Shown here piece after piece: positions 25,059 to 33,548 of a stretch of 64,000 bases of DNA. Source of the stretch: Planctomycetota bacterium (GTDB lineage: Bacteria; Planctomycetota; B15-G4); contig CBDFJQ010000002.1 in assembly GCA_965248575.1 (NCBI GenBank), positions 1,312,001 through 1,376,000 of the forward strand. Direction: 5' to 3'. A model generated the notes under the pieces. It saw nothing but the letters and a program-made list of their open reading frames with translations. It did not search any database and was not told the origin of the DNA. Position 1 is the first letter of the stretch. Every line of letters begins with the position of its first letter. A program made the position numbers and the translations under genes.

Positions 25059-26795
25059 CTATTCCCCTTCTTCGAGTGGAATACCCATGTAGGGCAGCAG
25101 TCTCATGAGCATGGCTCCGGCCGCCGGGGCGGCGCTCTCGCTGGCATAGCGCACGCCTTGCGGCTCCCGAACCACCACAACCAGGGTGACGACCGGCTTC
25201 TCGCTGGGAGCCAGCGCGAGGTAGCTGTGCACCTCCGCTCCGGGCTTGTTCTCGCACTGAGCCGTGCCAGTCTTGCCGGCCACCCGGACGCCGGGGAGCT
25301 TCATGCTTTCGCAGCTCCCCTCGTCCACGGAGCGGGCCATGTACTGGCGGACCTGGCGCACGATGTCCGGCTGGAACACATGGGTCCTGGGGCCCTCGGA
25401 GATGCCGCCAACCTCTCCCGAGGCGTCCGTGCAGGCCGCAACGAGCCGCGGAGGCCGATACAGCCCGTCGTACAGAGAGCTTGCGGCCGCAGCCATTTGG
25501 ACCGCTGACACCCCTAGCTCCTGGCCGAAAGCCACCGAGGCCAAGGTGTAGGTTCGCGTCCAATCCGACCACTTCGTGACCAGGCCGGAGGCCTCAGCTG
25601 GCACGGGCAATCCCGTCTTCCGCCCCAGACCCAGATGCTCGAAGATCTCCTGCAGGGGGCGCATGGCGGCCGAGTCCGATGGTCGGTCCGCTGGCACCAG
25701 GCGGGTCAGGATGTTGGCCATGCCGATGTTGCTGGAGTGAACGATGATCTCCTCGACGCTCAGGGGCTCGCTCTTGGGGTGCGTGTCCCGAATCCGCCGA
25801 GGCCCGTTGAAGGCCCGGCAGTCCACGGGAGGGCCTTCCGGATCCACGAGCCCTAGCTCCATGGCCGCCGCCATCATGAGCGGCTTGAAGGTCGAGCCCG
25901 GGGGGTAGACCTCCTGCAGGGCAGCGCAAACGCTGCCGTCCTGCGGACGGTCCTGCCGATCCGAGAGGTCGATGCCCGGGACCGAACACATCGCCAGGAC
26001 ATCCCCCGACGACGGCTCCATGGCGACCACCGTGACGCTGACCGCTCCCGTCCTGGCCCGGGCAGCCAGAGCCTCCTCCTCCACGATCTGCTGGATTCGG
26101 GCGTCCAAGGTAAGGGTCACGTCCATGCCGTCGACGGCTGGCACCTGAATGGCGGTCCGATCCGAGACCTCCCGCCCGAGGTGATCCACGCGGTAACGGC
26201 GCACCCCATCGGCGCCCCGTAGCAGGTCGTCGAGCCCGGCCTCCAGGCCGGCCACGCCGACGCCTTCATGGTTCACGTAACCAATGAGGTTGCCCGCGGC
26301 GCTCCCCCAGGGATAACGCCGCGTGTATCCGGACACGAAGTCCAAGCCGTAGAGCAGGCCACGTCGTTCGGCTTCCAGGGTGTCCAGGTCGAGGGGATCC
26401 TGGATCGGTTCACCGAGAACGGTCCACTTGCTTCCGGAGAGGCGGCGCTCCAGTTCCCGCGGGTCCGATCGGACGAGCGGCGCCAGGAAGGCTGCCGCGT
26501 CGGAGACCAGGTCCGCTTGCTCCTCCAAGGTCTTGGCACGCCGCAGGAAGTTGCGCGGCAAGACCTCGGCTCTCAAGGTCTGGACGGAGCTCGCGAGCAC
26601 ACGACCGTGGCGATCGAGAAGTGCGCCGCGGCAGGCCTCCACATCGGCCATGCGATTGGACTGGCGGTCCATGCGTGCCTCGGACTGTTCCTGTGTCCCC
26701 ACCGTCAACCACGCCAGTCGCCCGGTGAGGGCGAGCACACCGAGAAAGAGGAAGACGCCGAACACGAGTACGAAATGCCGGGCACGCTGCATCAT
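25059..26795 (-). CDS. ftsI: Class B penicillin-binding protein (FtsI/PBP3-like)
   Basis: N-terminal TM; RGALLDRHG, RRYP, GVAGLE; transpeptidase motifs STFK, SSN and KTGT. Confidence 0.93.
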   Translation of the reverse strand: MMQRARHFVLVFGVFLFLGVLALTGRLAWLTVGTQEQSEARMDRQSNRMADVEACRGALLDRHGRVLASSVQTLRAEVLPRNFLRRAKTLEEQADLVSDAAAFLAPLVRSDPRELERRLSGSKWTVLGEPIQDPLDLDTLEAERRGLLYGLDFVSGYTRRYPWGSAAGNLIGYVNHEGVGVAGLEAGLDDLLRGADGVRRYRVDHLGREVSDRTAIQVPAVDGMDVTLTLDARIQQIVEEEALAARARTGAVSVTVVAMEPSSGDVLAMCSVPGIDLSDRQDRPQDGSVCAALQEVYPPGSTFKPLMMAAAMELGLVDPEGPPVDCRAFNGPRRIRDTHPKSEPLSVEEIIVHSSNIGMANILTRLVPADRPSDSAAMRPLQEIFEHLGLGRKTGLPVPAEASGLVTKWSDWTRTYTLASVAFGQELGVSAVQMAAAASSLYDGLYRPPRLVAACTDASGEVGGISEGPRTHVFQPDIVRQVRQYMARSVDEGSCESMKLPGVRVAGKTGTAQCENKPGAEVHSYLALAPSEKPVVTLVVVVREPQGVRYASESAAPAAGAMLMRLLPYMGIPLEEGE

Positions 26796-26930
26796 CTGAA
26801 TGTCTCCCCGATGTTCATCAAGGTGCTGTTGTCCTCACGGTGTTTGCCTCACGTTGGCCGCACTGGCCCACGACTTGTCCCAACGTCCGCACCACCCAGC
26901 TCCCGAAGGAGCCCACGACGGCGGGTCGGA

Positions 26931-27233
26931 TCAATCCTGCAGCGAGCTTGTGTGCCCGCCGGCTTGCTTGAGGTCCTGATCGAAGAACACCGGGAGCTCG
27001 GCAACATCTTGAAAGGCCGCGAAGCGGGAAAGGATGTCGGCATCCACTGCACGCACCCTGCGCTCGACACTTCGCTGCTCTGCCTCGCACTCCGCCAAGA
27101 CATAACCCTCTCCCACGGTGCGTGCTCGCACGACGCAGGTGAACACCGAGAGCCCCAGCAAACCCACCGCGGACAGGCCTGCGAGCCAGGCGCCGTCGCG
27201 GCGATGAACCGTTAGTTCATACTGTGTGTGCAT
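26931..27233 (-). CDS. Small bitopic membrane protein, positional FtsL candidate
   Basis: 100 aa: short N-terminus, one TM, then a short amphipathic helix. Sits between rsmH and ftsI, starting 1 nt after the rsmH stop. Confidence 0.55.
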   Translation of the reverse strand: MHTQYELTVHRRDGAWLAGLSAVGLLGLSVFTCVVRARTVGEGYVLAECEAEQRSVERRVRAVDADILSRFAAFQDVAELPVFFDQDLKQAGGHTSSLQD

Positions 27234-27234
27234 C

Positions 27235-28110
27235 TCAGGCCCGTCTCAGAACCCGGAGCCGTGCGCTGCGGCTGCGCCGGTTCTTGCGTTGCTCAGCCAT
27301 GGTGGCGCTGACGGCCTTGCGGGTGACGAGCTCACCCATGTCTGCCGCGGCCGCCCCCCGGAAGAAGGCCTTCACGAAACGGTCTTCGCCCGAGTGAAAG
27401 GAGATGCAGGCGATGGTCCCGCCGGGTTTCACCAGCTGCAGGGCCAACGGCAACGTCCGCTCGAGCAAGGCGCGTTCGTCGTTGACCAGCATGCGGATGG
27501 CCTGGAAGGTGCGCGTCGCGGGGTGGATCTTCCCGCCGCGTCGCCGCAGGGCCTGCTCGACCACTTCGCGCAGGTCGCCGGTCGTGCGGAATGGCCGTGC
27601 ACGACGACGATCAGTGATCGCACGTGCGATCCGACGCGCCCGGGGCTCGCCCCCGAGTTCGCGCAATGCCTGCTCGAGATCTTCTTCTCTGAGCGTGTTG
27701 ACGAAGTCGGCAGCGGTCTGACCGGTTGTCTGGTCCATGCGCATGTCGAGGTAGGCATCCTGACGAAGGGTGAAGCCCCGCTCAGCTTCGTCCAACTGCA
27801 TGGACGACACCCCCAGGTCCATGAGGATGCTATCGGGCCGGACACCTCGACGCGCGAGTTCGCGCAAGCACCACTCACTGTCTCCGTGCAGGTAGTTGAC
27901 CCGCTCGGAATAGCGCGCCAGGTTGATCTCAGCGAGCGCCAGCGCCTCGGTGTCGCGGTCGCAGGCGTGCACGCGTCCTTCGGGAATCGTGGCCTCCAGA
28001 AACGCCGCCGCATGTCCGCCTGCGCCCACTGTGAGATCCACGAGCACACGGCCCGAGGACGCACCGATGAGTTGCAGCACCTCCCCCGCCATCACGGGAA
28101 TGTGACTCAT
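27235..28110 (-). CDS. rsmH: 16S rRNA m4C1402 methyltransferase
   Basis: HIPVM, DLTVGAGGHA, DLGVSSMQLD..RGF, LDMRMD, HPATRTFQAIR, ISFHSGEDR and RSRSARLR. Confidence 0.97.
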   Translation of the reverse strand: MSHIPVMAGEVLQLIGASSGRVLVDLTVGAGGHAAAFLEATIPEGRVHACDRDTEALALAEINLARYSERVNYLHGDSEWCLRELARRGVRPDSILMDLGVSSMQLDEAERGFTLRQDAYLDMRMDQTTGQTAADFVNTLREEDLEQALRELGGEPRARRIARAITDRRRARPFRTTGDLREVVEQALRRRGGKIHPATRTFQAIRMLVNDERALLERTLPLALQLVKPGGTIACISFHSGEDRFVKAFFRGAAAADMGELVTRKAVSATMAEQRKNRRSRSARLRVLRRA

Positions 28111-28136
28111 CGGTGCCTCCATCGAGACCTTCCACA

Positions 28137-28580
28137 TCAGCGGAACACTTCCTTTGCTTGGCTCTCGAACTTCTCGCGAGCCTGAGTGCGACGCTCCTCC
28201 CACAACTCGGGGCGCCACAGCTCCACACGCCGACCCACGCCGGCAAAGACAACTTTGTCCTCCAGCCCCACCGACCGCTTGAGCGCGTCGGGGAGCAACA
28301 TGCGACCGTTCTTGTCCAGCGGGCAGCCTTCCGCGCTGGAGTAAAAGGTGCGCGAAAAATCGCGCACGTCTTCTTCGCCGACGGACCCCCGGTCGACGTC
28401 AGAACCCAGGCTGTCGAACTCCACCTGGGGCAGGAGGTAGAGACAGCCGTCAAAACCGGCCGTGATGACCACCATGTCTGCCGAGTCCAGAACGCGCAGC
28501 ACCTCCAGCATCTTCCGCGGCACCGAGACGCGATTCTTGGCGTCGATCGAGTGCGTGTAGTTGCTGGTGAATGACTTCAT
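28137..28580 (-). CDS. mraZ: Division/cell-wall cluster transcriptional regulator MraZ
   Basis: Two AbrB-like repeats (HSIDAKNRVSVP; LDKNGRMLLP) and GVGRRVELW; first gene of dcw. Alternative start at 28598. Confidence 0.95.
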   Translation of the reverse strand: MKSFTSNYTHSIDAKNRVSVPRKMLEVLRVLDSADMVVITAGFDGCLYLLPQVEFDSLGSDVDRGSVGEEDVRDFSRTFYSSAEGCPLDKNGRMLLPDALKRSVGLEDKVVFAGVGRRVELWRPELWEERRTQAREKFESQAKEVFR

Positions 28581-28628
28581 GAGCTGCCCGTGATCCATGA
28601 GGCCCCAAAGTTGGCTGCCTCGGCTGGA

Positions 28629-28653
28629 CCCACCTTAACCCACTTACCCCCAC
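28629..28653 (-). promoter_or_regulatory. MraZ operator: three GTGGG direct repeats with 10-bp period
   Basis: Plus-strand cccac at 28629, 28639 and 28649, just upstream of mraZ; matches the known TGGG-repeat MraZ-binding architecture. Confidence 0.8.
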
Positions 28654-29029
28654 TTTGGGGAGTCGCCAGACCATTTTGCATCCACCCTCAGCGAATCGGG
28701 GACAAGGCGCCCCACAGAGGCCGTTTTCTGGAGCGTGAACTGCTGCGCTCGAGGCCAGAGCGCTGGGGCCACGTCCTCCTTCCGGGCTCGCCGGACCAGG
28801 CTGCCGCCCTGGCCAGAGGAGCAGGCCGTGGAGTCCCCGGCGGGTGACCCGACGCGGCGCACCATCCCCAAGAGCCGCTTTCAGTGGGGATTTCGGGCAG
28901 GAAGGTGCTTCTTGCCGACTTCAGCTCAGCTGCTGAGAGCGCAGCACCCGCCGCGGCCAGCCCATGGTATGGCAGGGTCCGACACGCTGGCCGTGGGTCA
29001 AAGTGGGTCCGGTGACCGGGAACCGGGCC

Positions 29030-29899
29030 CTAGCTTGCCCCCTGCCCGTTCACGATCTCGGGCTTATCGGCGCTGCCCGTCGTCGCCTCGGGCCCGTCCC
29101 CGGTAGCGTCCCCGGTAGCGTCCCCGGTAGCGTCCATGGACCCGTCCTCAGGACCTGGCGTGGCCCCTTCGTCCGGAGATCCTGCGTCTGAGGTGGGAGC
29201 AGATGATTCGCTCGCCGCTTTGGAGTCCTCGGAGGCTCCGCCAGCGGAAGCCGAGGCAAGATCCTCCATGGGGAAATCGGCCGCCAGGAGCCGCGTCAGC
29301 AGCTCCCGTGTCTCCACCAGCGCATCCGAGCTGAGGTGCGGCGCAGGAACCACCAACTCAGGCTCCCCGGCCCCCTTGGCCACGACCATCACCTCCCGTC
29401 CGTCACGTCGCTCGAAGCCCCGTAGCTTGAGGTGGCGCTTGCGAACGAGCACCAGGCCCACCAGGTAGCTCAGCCGCTGGTAGACCGGCTCAGAGCGCTT
29501 GAGCATGCGGTGGAACATCTCCCGCAGCAACGCATAGTCCACCACGGGACTGGCCACGGCATCTTCGGGCAACTTGTGCCGCCAGAACACCTGCGGAGCG
29601 CCGTCCGCCGAAGCTGGGCCGTCGCTTGCAGCCTCTCTGGCAGCGCCCTCCCTGGCAGCGCCTTTCCCGCCAGAGGCTTTCCTGGCCTCGGCGGGCGAGG
29701 AGTCCCCTTCAGCGTCCGGCGCCATCGCGACCGGGAAACCCAGGAGTTCTCCACAGGCTACGCACAGATCCTGCCGTTGGGGGCCATCCTCCTGGAAGGA
29801 GAGCACCACCGTCACATCGTCCCCCACTGCCAACGCAGCTTCACAACGCGAGCACTGCTCCCCACTTGCGGGAATCTTCCAGCCGTCGCCGTCGCTCAT
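29030..29899 (-). CDS. Hypothetical protein with an N-terminal CxxC...CxxC zinc-finger-like motif
   Basis: CSRC...DLCVAC; folded-looking core VFWR..LLREMF..LVLVRKRHLKL; low-complexity linker and tail. Confidence 0.7.
   Translation of the reverse strand: MSDGDGWKIPASGEQCSRCEAALAVGDDVTVVLSFQEDGPQRQDLCVACGELLGFPVAMAPDAEGDSSPAEARKASGGKGAAREGAAREAASDGPASADGAPQVFWRHKLPEDAVASPVVDYALLREMFHRMLKRSEPVYQRLSYLVGLVLVRKRHLKLRGFERRDGREVMVVAKGAGEPELVVPAPHLSSDALVETRELLTRLLAADFPMEDLASASAGGASEDSKAASESSAPTSDAGSPDEGATPGPEDGSMDATGDATGDATGDGPEATTGSADKPEIVNGQGAS
29095..29135. repeat. 12-bp tandem repeat (cgtccccggtag, 3.4 copies) encoding DATG repeats
   Basis: Three exact copies at 29095, 29107 and 29119. Confidence 0.9.
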
Positions 29900-30014
29900 C
29901 GAGTGCACTCATCGGGGGGAGGTCTGCATGCCGCACCCACCATGGGGAAGAGCGCACGCAGAGCATCGAAATTAGCAAGGGCCCGCGAAGCCCTCAAGCA
30001 AGGTGGCGCGGAAG

Positions 30015-30043
30015 TTGCAGCGATTGGGCGCGGGCCGTAGCCT
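30015..30043 (+). promoter_or_regulatory. Putative sigma70 promoter for dnaE, leaderless configuration
   Basis: TTGCAG-17 nt-TAGCCT, 7 nt before ATG 30051; no SD sequence. Confidence 0.55.
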
Positions 30044-30050
30044 CGCGGTC

Positions 30051-33000
30051 ATGCCCCCACCTTCGTTCACGCACCTTCACGTTCATAGCCACTATTCCCT
30101 GCTGGACGGTGCCATCACCGTCCCGTCCTTGGTGAAGCAGGCATCCGAGTTCGAAATGAGCTCCCTGGCCCTGACCGATCACGGCAACTTGTTCGGGGCC
30201 ATCGAGTTCTACAGCGCGGCGCGCGAGGCAGGCATCAACCCGATCCTTGGCTGCGAGGCCTACCTGGTCAACGGCGATGCGACCAAGAAGCCGCCGCCAG
30301 GGGAGAAGCGCCCCCGCTACCACATCACCCTGCTTGCCAAGAACAGGAAGGGATTCGAGAACCTCTCGCGGCTCTCCAGCTTGTCCTGGACCAAGGGCTT
30401 CAACCGCAAGCCCTGCATCGACAAGACCATGCTGGCAGAGCACCGCGAGGGTTTGATGGCGCTCTCCGGCTGCCTCAGTGGCGAGGTCGCGCGACACCTC
30501 CAAGCCAATCGTTTGAACGAAGCCGTCAAGAACGCACAGGAGTACGCAGAGATCCTGGGCCCTGACAACTTCTACCTTGAAGTGATGAGCAACGGACTTG
30601 AGCAGCAACGCCTCGTGCACGATGCGATGCCAGCTGTAGCCAAGGAGACCGGGCTGAAGTTGGTGGCCACCAACGACATCCACTATCGCTGCGACGGCGA
30701 TTCCGTCGCCCAAGACGCGCTGATCTGCATCGGTACCGGCCAGCGGATGCACGACCCCGATCGCCGCTTCCGGATCGAGACGGACGAGCTCTTCTTCCGC
30801 AGCAGCGAACAGATGGCAGCCCTCTTCGGCGAAGACAGCGAGGCCTACCGCAGCACCGCTGAAATCGCCGAGCGCTGCAACATCGAGCTCGACCTCGAGA
30901 CCATGCACTTGCCTCACTTCGAGATCCCCACCGGCGAGCCGGCGGAGATCTACATGCGCAGGCTCTGCGAAGAAGGCCTCCGGAAACACTACGGGGAGAT
31001 CACGCCGCCGGTCCGGGAACGCTTCGAGAAGGAGTTCAAGGTCATCGACTCCATGGGGTTCGTGTCCTACTTCCTCATCGTCTGGGACCTCATCCGCTAT
31101 GCCCGCGAGCAGGGGATTCCCGTGGGGCCGGGGCGTGGCTCGGCCGCGGGCTCCATCGTCGCGTACAGCCTCGACATCACGCTGCTCGACCCGCTCAAGT
31201 ACGACTTGCTGTTCGAGCGCTTCCTGAACGCCGACCGCATCTCTATGCCCGATATCGACATCGACTTCTGCCGCGACCGGCGCGAAGAGGTCATCGAGTA
31301 CACCCGCCGCAAGTACGGTGAGGCGCAGGTGTGCCAGATCGTCACCTTCGGAACCTTGGCAGCCAAGGCCGCAGTGCGTGATGCAGGGCGCGTGCTCGAA
31401 GTGCCGTTGGCCGAGGTGGACAAGATCGCCAAGCGCATCCCCGAGATGCCGAAGACGAAGTTGCGCGACGCCTTGGAGGCCGACAAGGAGCTGCGCGAAC
31501 TGCTGGATGCCGATGAACGCCTGAGGGAGCTGGCGGACGTCAGCCAGCGCATCGAAGGCATGGCGCGTAACACCTCGACCCATGCCGCAGGCGTAGTCAT
31601 CACGCAGAACCCGCTGATCGACCACGTGCCCTTGTGCGTCGTACAAGGGGCGCTGAACACGCAGTTCCAGATGTCCGATCTGGAAAAGATCGGACTGCTC
31701 AAGATGGACTTCCTGGGGCTCAAGAACCTCACCATCCTGCAGAAGGTCGCAGACGCGGTGAAGCTGAGCCGGGGACTCGACATCGACTACGAGGCCCTGC
31801 CCCTCGACGACGAAGCGACCTATGCGCTGCTGCGGACAGGCGAGACCGCGGGCGTGTTCCAGCTGGAGTCATCGGGCATGCGCGAACTGCTCGTGCGCAT
31901 GAAGCCCGACTGCTTCGAGGACATCATCGCCCTGATCGCTCTCTATCGGCCTGGCCCCCTGCAATCCGGCATGACCGACAGCTTCGTGAATCGCAAGCAC
32001 GGTATCGAAGAGGTGGCCTACCCCCACCCCTTGATGGAGTCGGTGCTCGGCGACACCTATGGCGCCATGATCTACCAGGAACAGGTCATGCTGCTCGCCC
32101 AGTCGTTGGGTGGGCTCTCGTTGAACCAGGCAGACGGCCTGCGCAAGGCGATGGGCAAGAAGAAGCTCGACGTCATGAATCAGTACAAGGAGCAGTTCCT
32201 CGAGGGCTGCGCTGGCCACGGAATCCAGACCAAGGTCGCGGACAAGATCTGGTCTGACATGAGCCAGTTCGCCCAGTACGGCTTCAACAAGTCGCACTCC
32301 GCCGCCTACGGGCTGATCACGTTCCGCACGGCGTACATGAAGACGAACTTTCCGGGCGAGTACATGGCGGCGCTCATGTCCTGTGACGCCGGAGACAGCG
32401 ACAAGCTCGCTGAGTACGCCGAGGCGGTCCGCCGGACGGGGCGTGACATTGCGGGCCCCGACATCAACCTGAGCGTGGGCGACTTCTCGCTGCAGGGAGA
32501 CACCATCCACTTCGGCCTCAATGCCATCAAAGGCGTCGGCTCCCGCGCTGTCCAAGCCGTCGTGGAAGGGCGCGATGAAGCAGGCGGCAAGTTCGAGAAC
32601 CTGTCCTCGGTGCTCGACAACATCGACACGCGCGCCGTGAACCGCTTGGCCTTCGACGCGATGGCGCGTTCGGGCGTGTTCGACTCCTTGGACGCCTCAC
32701 GCGCATCCCTTCTGTCGTCGTCGGATCGCCTGCTTCGGGACGCCGGCCGCGATCAGAGCGACCGGGCCATCGGCCAGAGCTCCCTCTTCGCCGCAGCCAG
32801 CGCACAGATCGAGGTGCGCTTGGACGACGTGCCCCGACCGAGTGATCGCGAGATCTACCTCATGGAGAAGGAATCCATGGGCTTCGCAGTCACGGTGGAC
32901 CCCATGGCGGAGTACCGATCGCTCCTGCGCATGGTGGCGACGCACTCCATGGCGGAGCTCGCTGAGGCCGCGGACCGAACCGAGGTCACGGTGGGCGGCA

Positions 33001-33494
33001 TGGTGACGGCCTTGCGCACGACCGTGAGCTCGAAGGGTCGCTCAGCGGGCCAGGCCATGGGCCTGTTCAAGATCCAAGGTCTCGGAGGGTCGGTAGCGGC
33101 CGTGATGTTCTCCAAGTCATTCGCCAAGTACCGGGAGATCCTGAAAGACGACTACGTCGGTCTCTTCCGCGCGCGTCTCGACAAGAGCAGGGATGAGCCG
33201 AACCTCCTGGTGGATGACGTGCTCGACATCTCCCAGCCCGACGTGGCCCAGGGTCGCCGCCTGCTACTGGACGTTCCCAGCGGCGACGATCAGCTCGTGC
33301 TCGATCGCATCGGTGCCCTGAAGCAACTGCTCGTCAAGCACCCCGGCCCCACGAACACCTTTCTCTCAGTGGAGATGGAACCCGGGCAGCGATCGGTCTG
33401 GCGTTTGCCTCAGAGCGGACGTGTCGCCATCTGCAGCGAGCTGGTCAAGGGCATGGAGAAGATCGTCGGCTCAGACCGCATGCATCTGCGCTAG
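30051..33494 (+). CDS. dnaE: DNA polymerase III alpha subunit
   Basis: PHP motifs HLHVHSHYSLLDG and LTDHGN; GRGSAAGS, PDIDIDF, STHAAG, KMDFLGL, GVFQLES, YRPGP and YGFNKSHS. Confidence 0.98.
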   Translation: MPPPSFTHLHVHSHYSLLDGAITVPSLVKQASEFEMSSLALTDHGNLFGAIEFYSAAREAGINPILGCEAYLVNGDATKKPPPGEKRPRYHITLLAKNRKGFENLSRLSSLSWTKGFNRKPCIDKTMLAEHREGLMALSGCLSGEVARHLQANRLNEAVKNAQEYAEILGPDNFYLEVMSNGLEQQRLVHDAMPAVAKETGLKLVATNDIHYRCDGDSVAQDALICIGTGQRMHDPDRRFRIETDELFFRSSEQMAALFGEDSEAYRSTAEIAERCNIELDLETMHLPHFEIPTGEPAEIYMRRLCEEGLRKHYGEITPPVRERFEKEFKVIDSMGFVSYFLIVWDLIRYAREQGIPVGPGRGSAAGSIVAYSLDITLLDPLKYDLLFERFLNADRISMPDIDIDFCRDRREEVIEYTRRKYGEAQVCQIVTFGTLAAKAAVRDAGRVLEVPLAEVDKIAKRIPEMPKTKLRDALEADKELRELLDADERLRELADVSQRIEGMARNTSTHAAGVVITQNPLIDHVPLCVVQGALNTQFQMSDLEKIGLLKMDFLGLKNLTILQKVADAVKLSRGLDIDYEALPLDDEATYALLRTGETAGVFQLESSGMRELLVRMKPDCFEDIIALIALYRPGPLQSGMTDSFVNRKHGIEEVAYPHPLMESVLGDTYGAMIYQEQVMLLAQSLGGLSLNQADGLRKAMGKKKLDVMNQYKEQFLEGCAGHGIQTKVADKIWSDMSQFAQYGFNKSHSAAYGLITFRTAYMKTNFPGEYMAALMSCDAGDSDKLAEYAEAVRRTGRDIAGPDINLSVGDFSLQGDTIHFGLNAIKGVGSRAVQAVVEGRDEAGGKFENLSSVLDNIDTRAVNRLAFDAMARSGVFDSLDASRASLLSSSDRLLRDAGRDQSDRAIGQSSLFAAASAQIEVRLDDVPRPSDREIYLMEKESMGFAVTVDPMAEYRSLLRMVATHSMAELAEAADRTEVTVGGMVTALRTTVSSKGRSAGQAMGLFKIQGLGGSVAAVMFSKSFAKYREILKDDYVGLFRARLDKSRDEPNLLVDDVLDISQPDVAQGRRLLLDVPSGDDQLVLDRIGALKQLLVKHPGPTNTFLSVEMEPGQRSVWRLPQSGRVAICSELVKGMEKIVGSDRMHLR

Positions 33495-33548
33495 CCGTCG
33501 GGCCAAAGACAGGATCAGCTCCCTGGCCGTCTTCCCCCCCACCAACTC

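Noticed and set aside
25054..25572. N-terminal extension of murE to 701 aa, and similar upstream extensions of murC, nrdJa, rpoA, rpsC, rpsQ, rpsH, HEAT-vWA and the rhomboid in the ORF track
   Set aside because: Longest-ORF artefacts overlapping upstream genes or promoters; homology and SD or overlap signals point to the downstream starts.
28654..29029. RNase P RNA (often upstream of mraZ)
   Set aside because: The conserved GAGGAAAGUCC motif was not found on either strand.
29095..29135. CRISPR array (also considered for the repeats at 11774 and 24826)
   Set aside because: Units are 10-12 bp, directly tandem, without spacers, and there are no cas genes.
30051..33494. Inteins in dnaE (also checked nrdJa, rpoB and rpoC)
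   Set aside because: Protein lengths are normal, conserved motifs are contiguous, and no intein splice-junction or homing-endonuclease motifs were seen.
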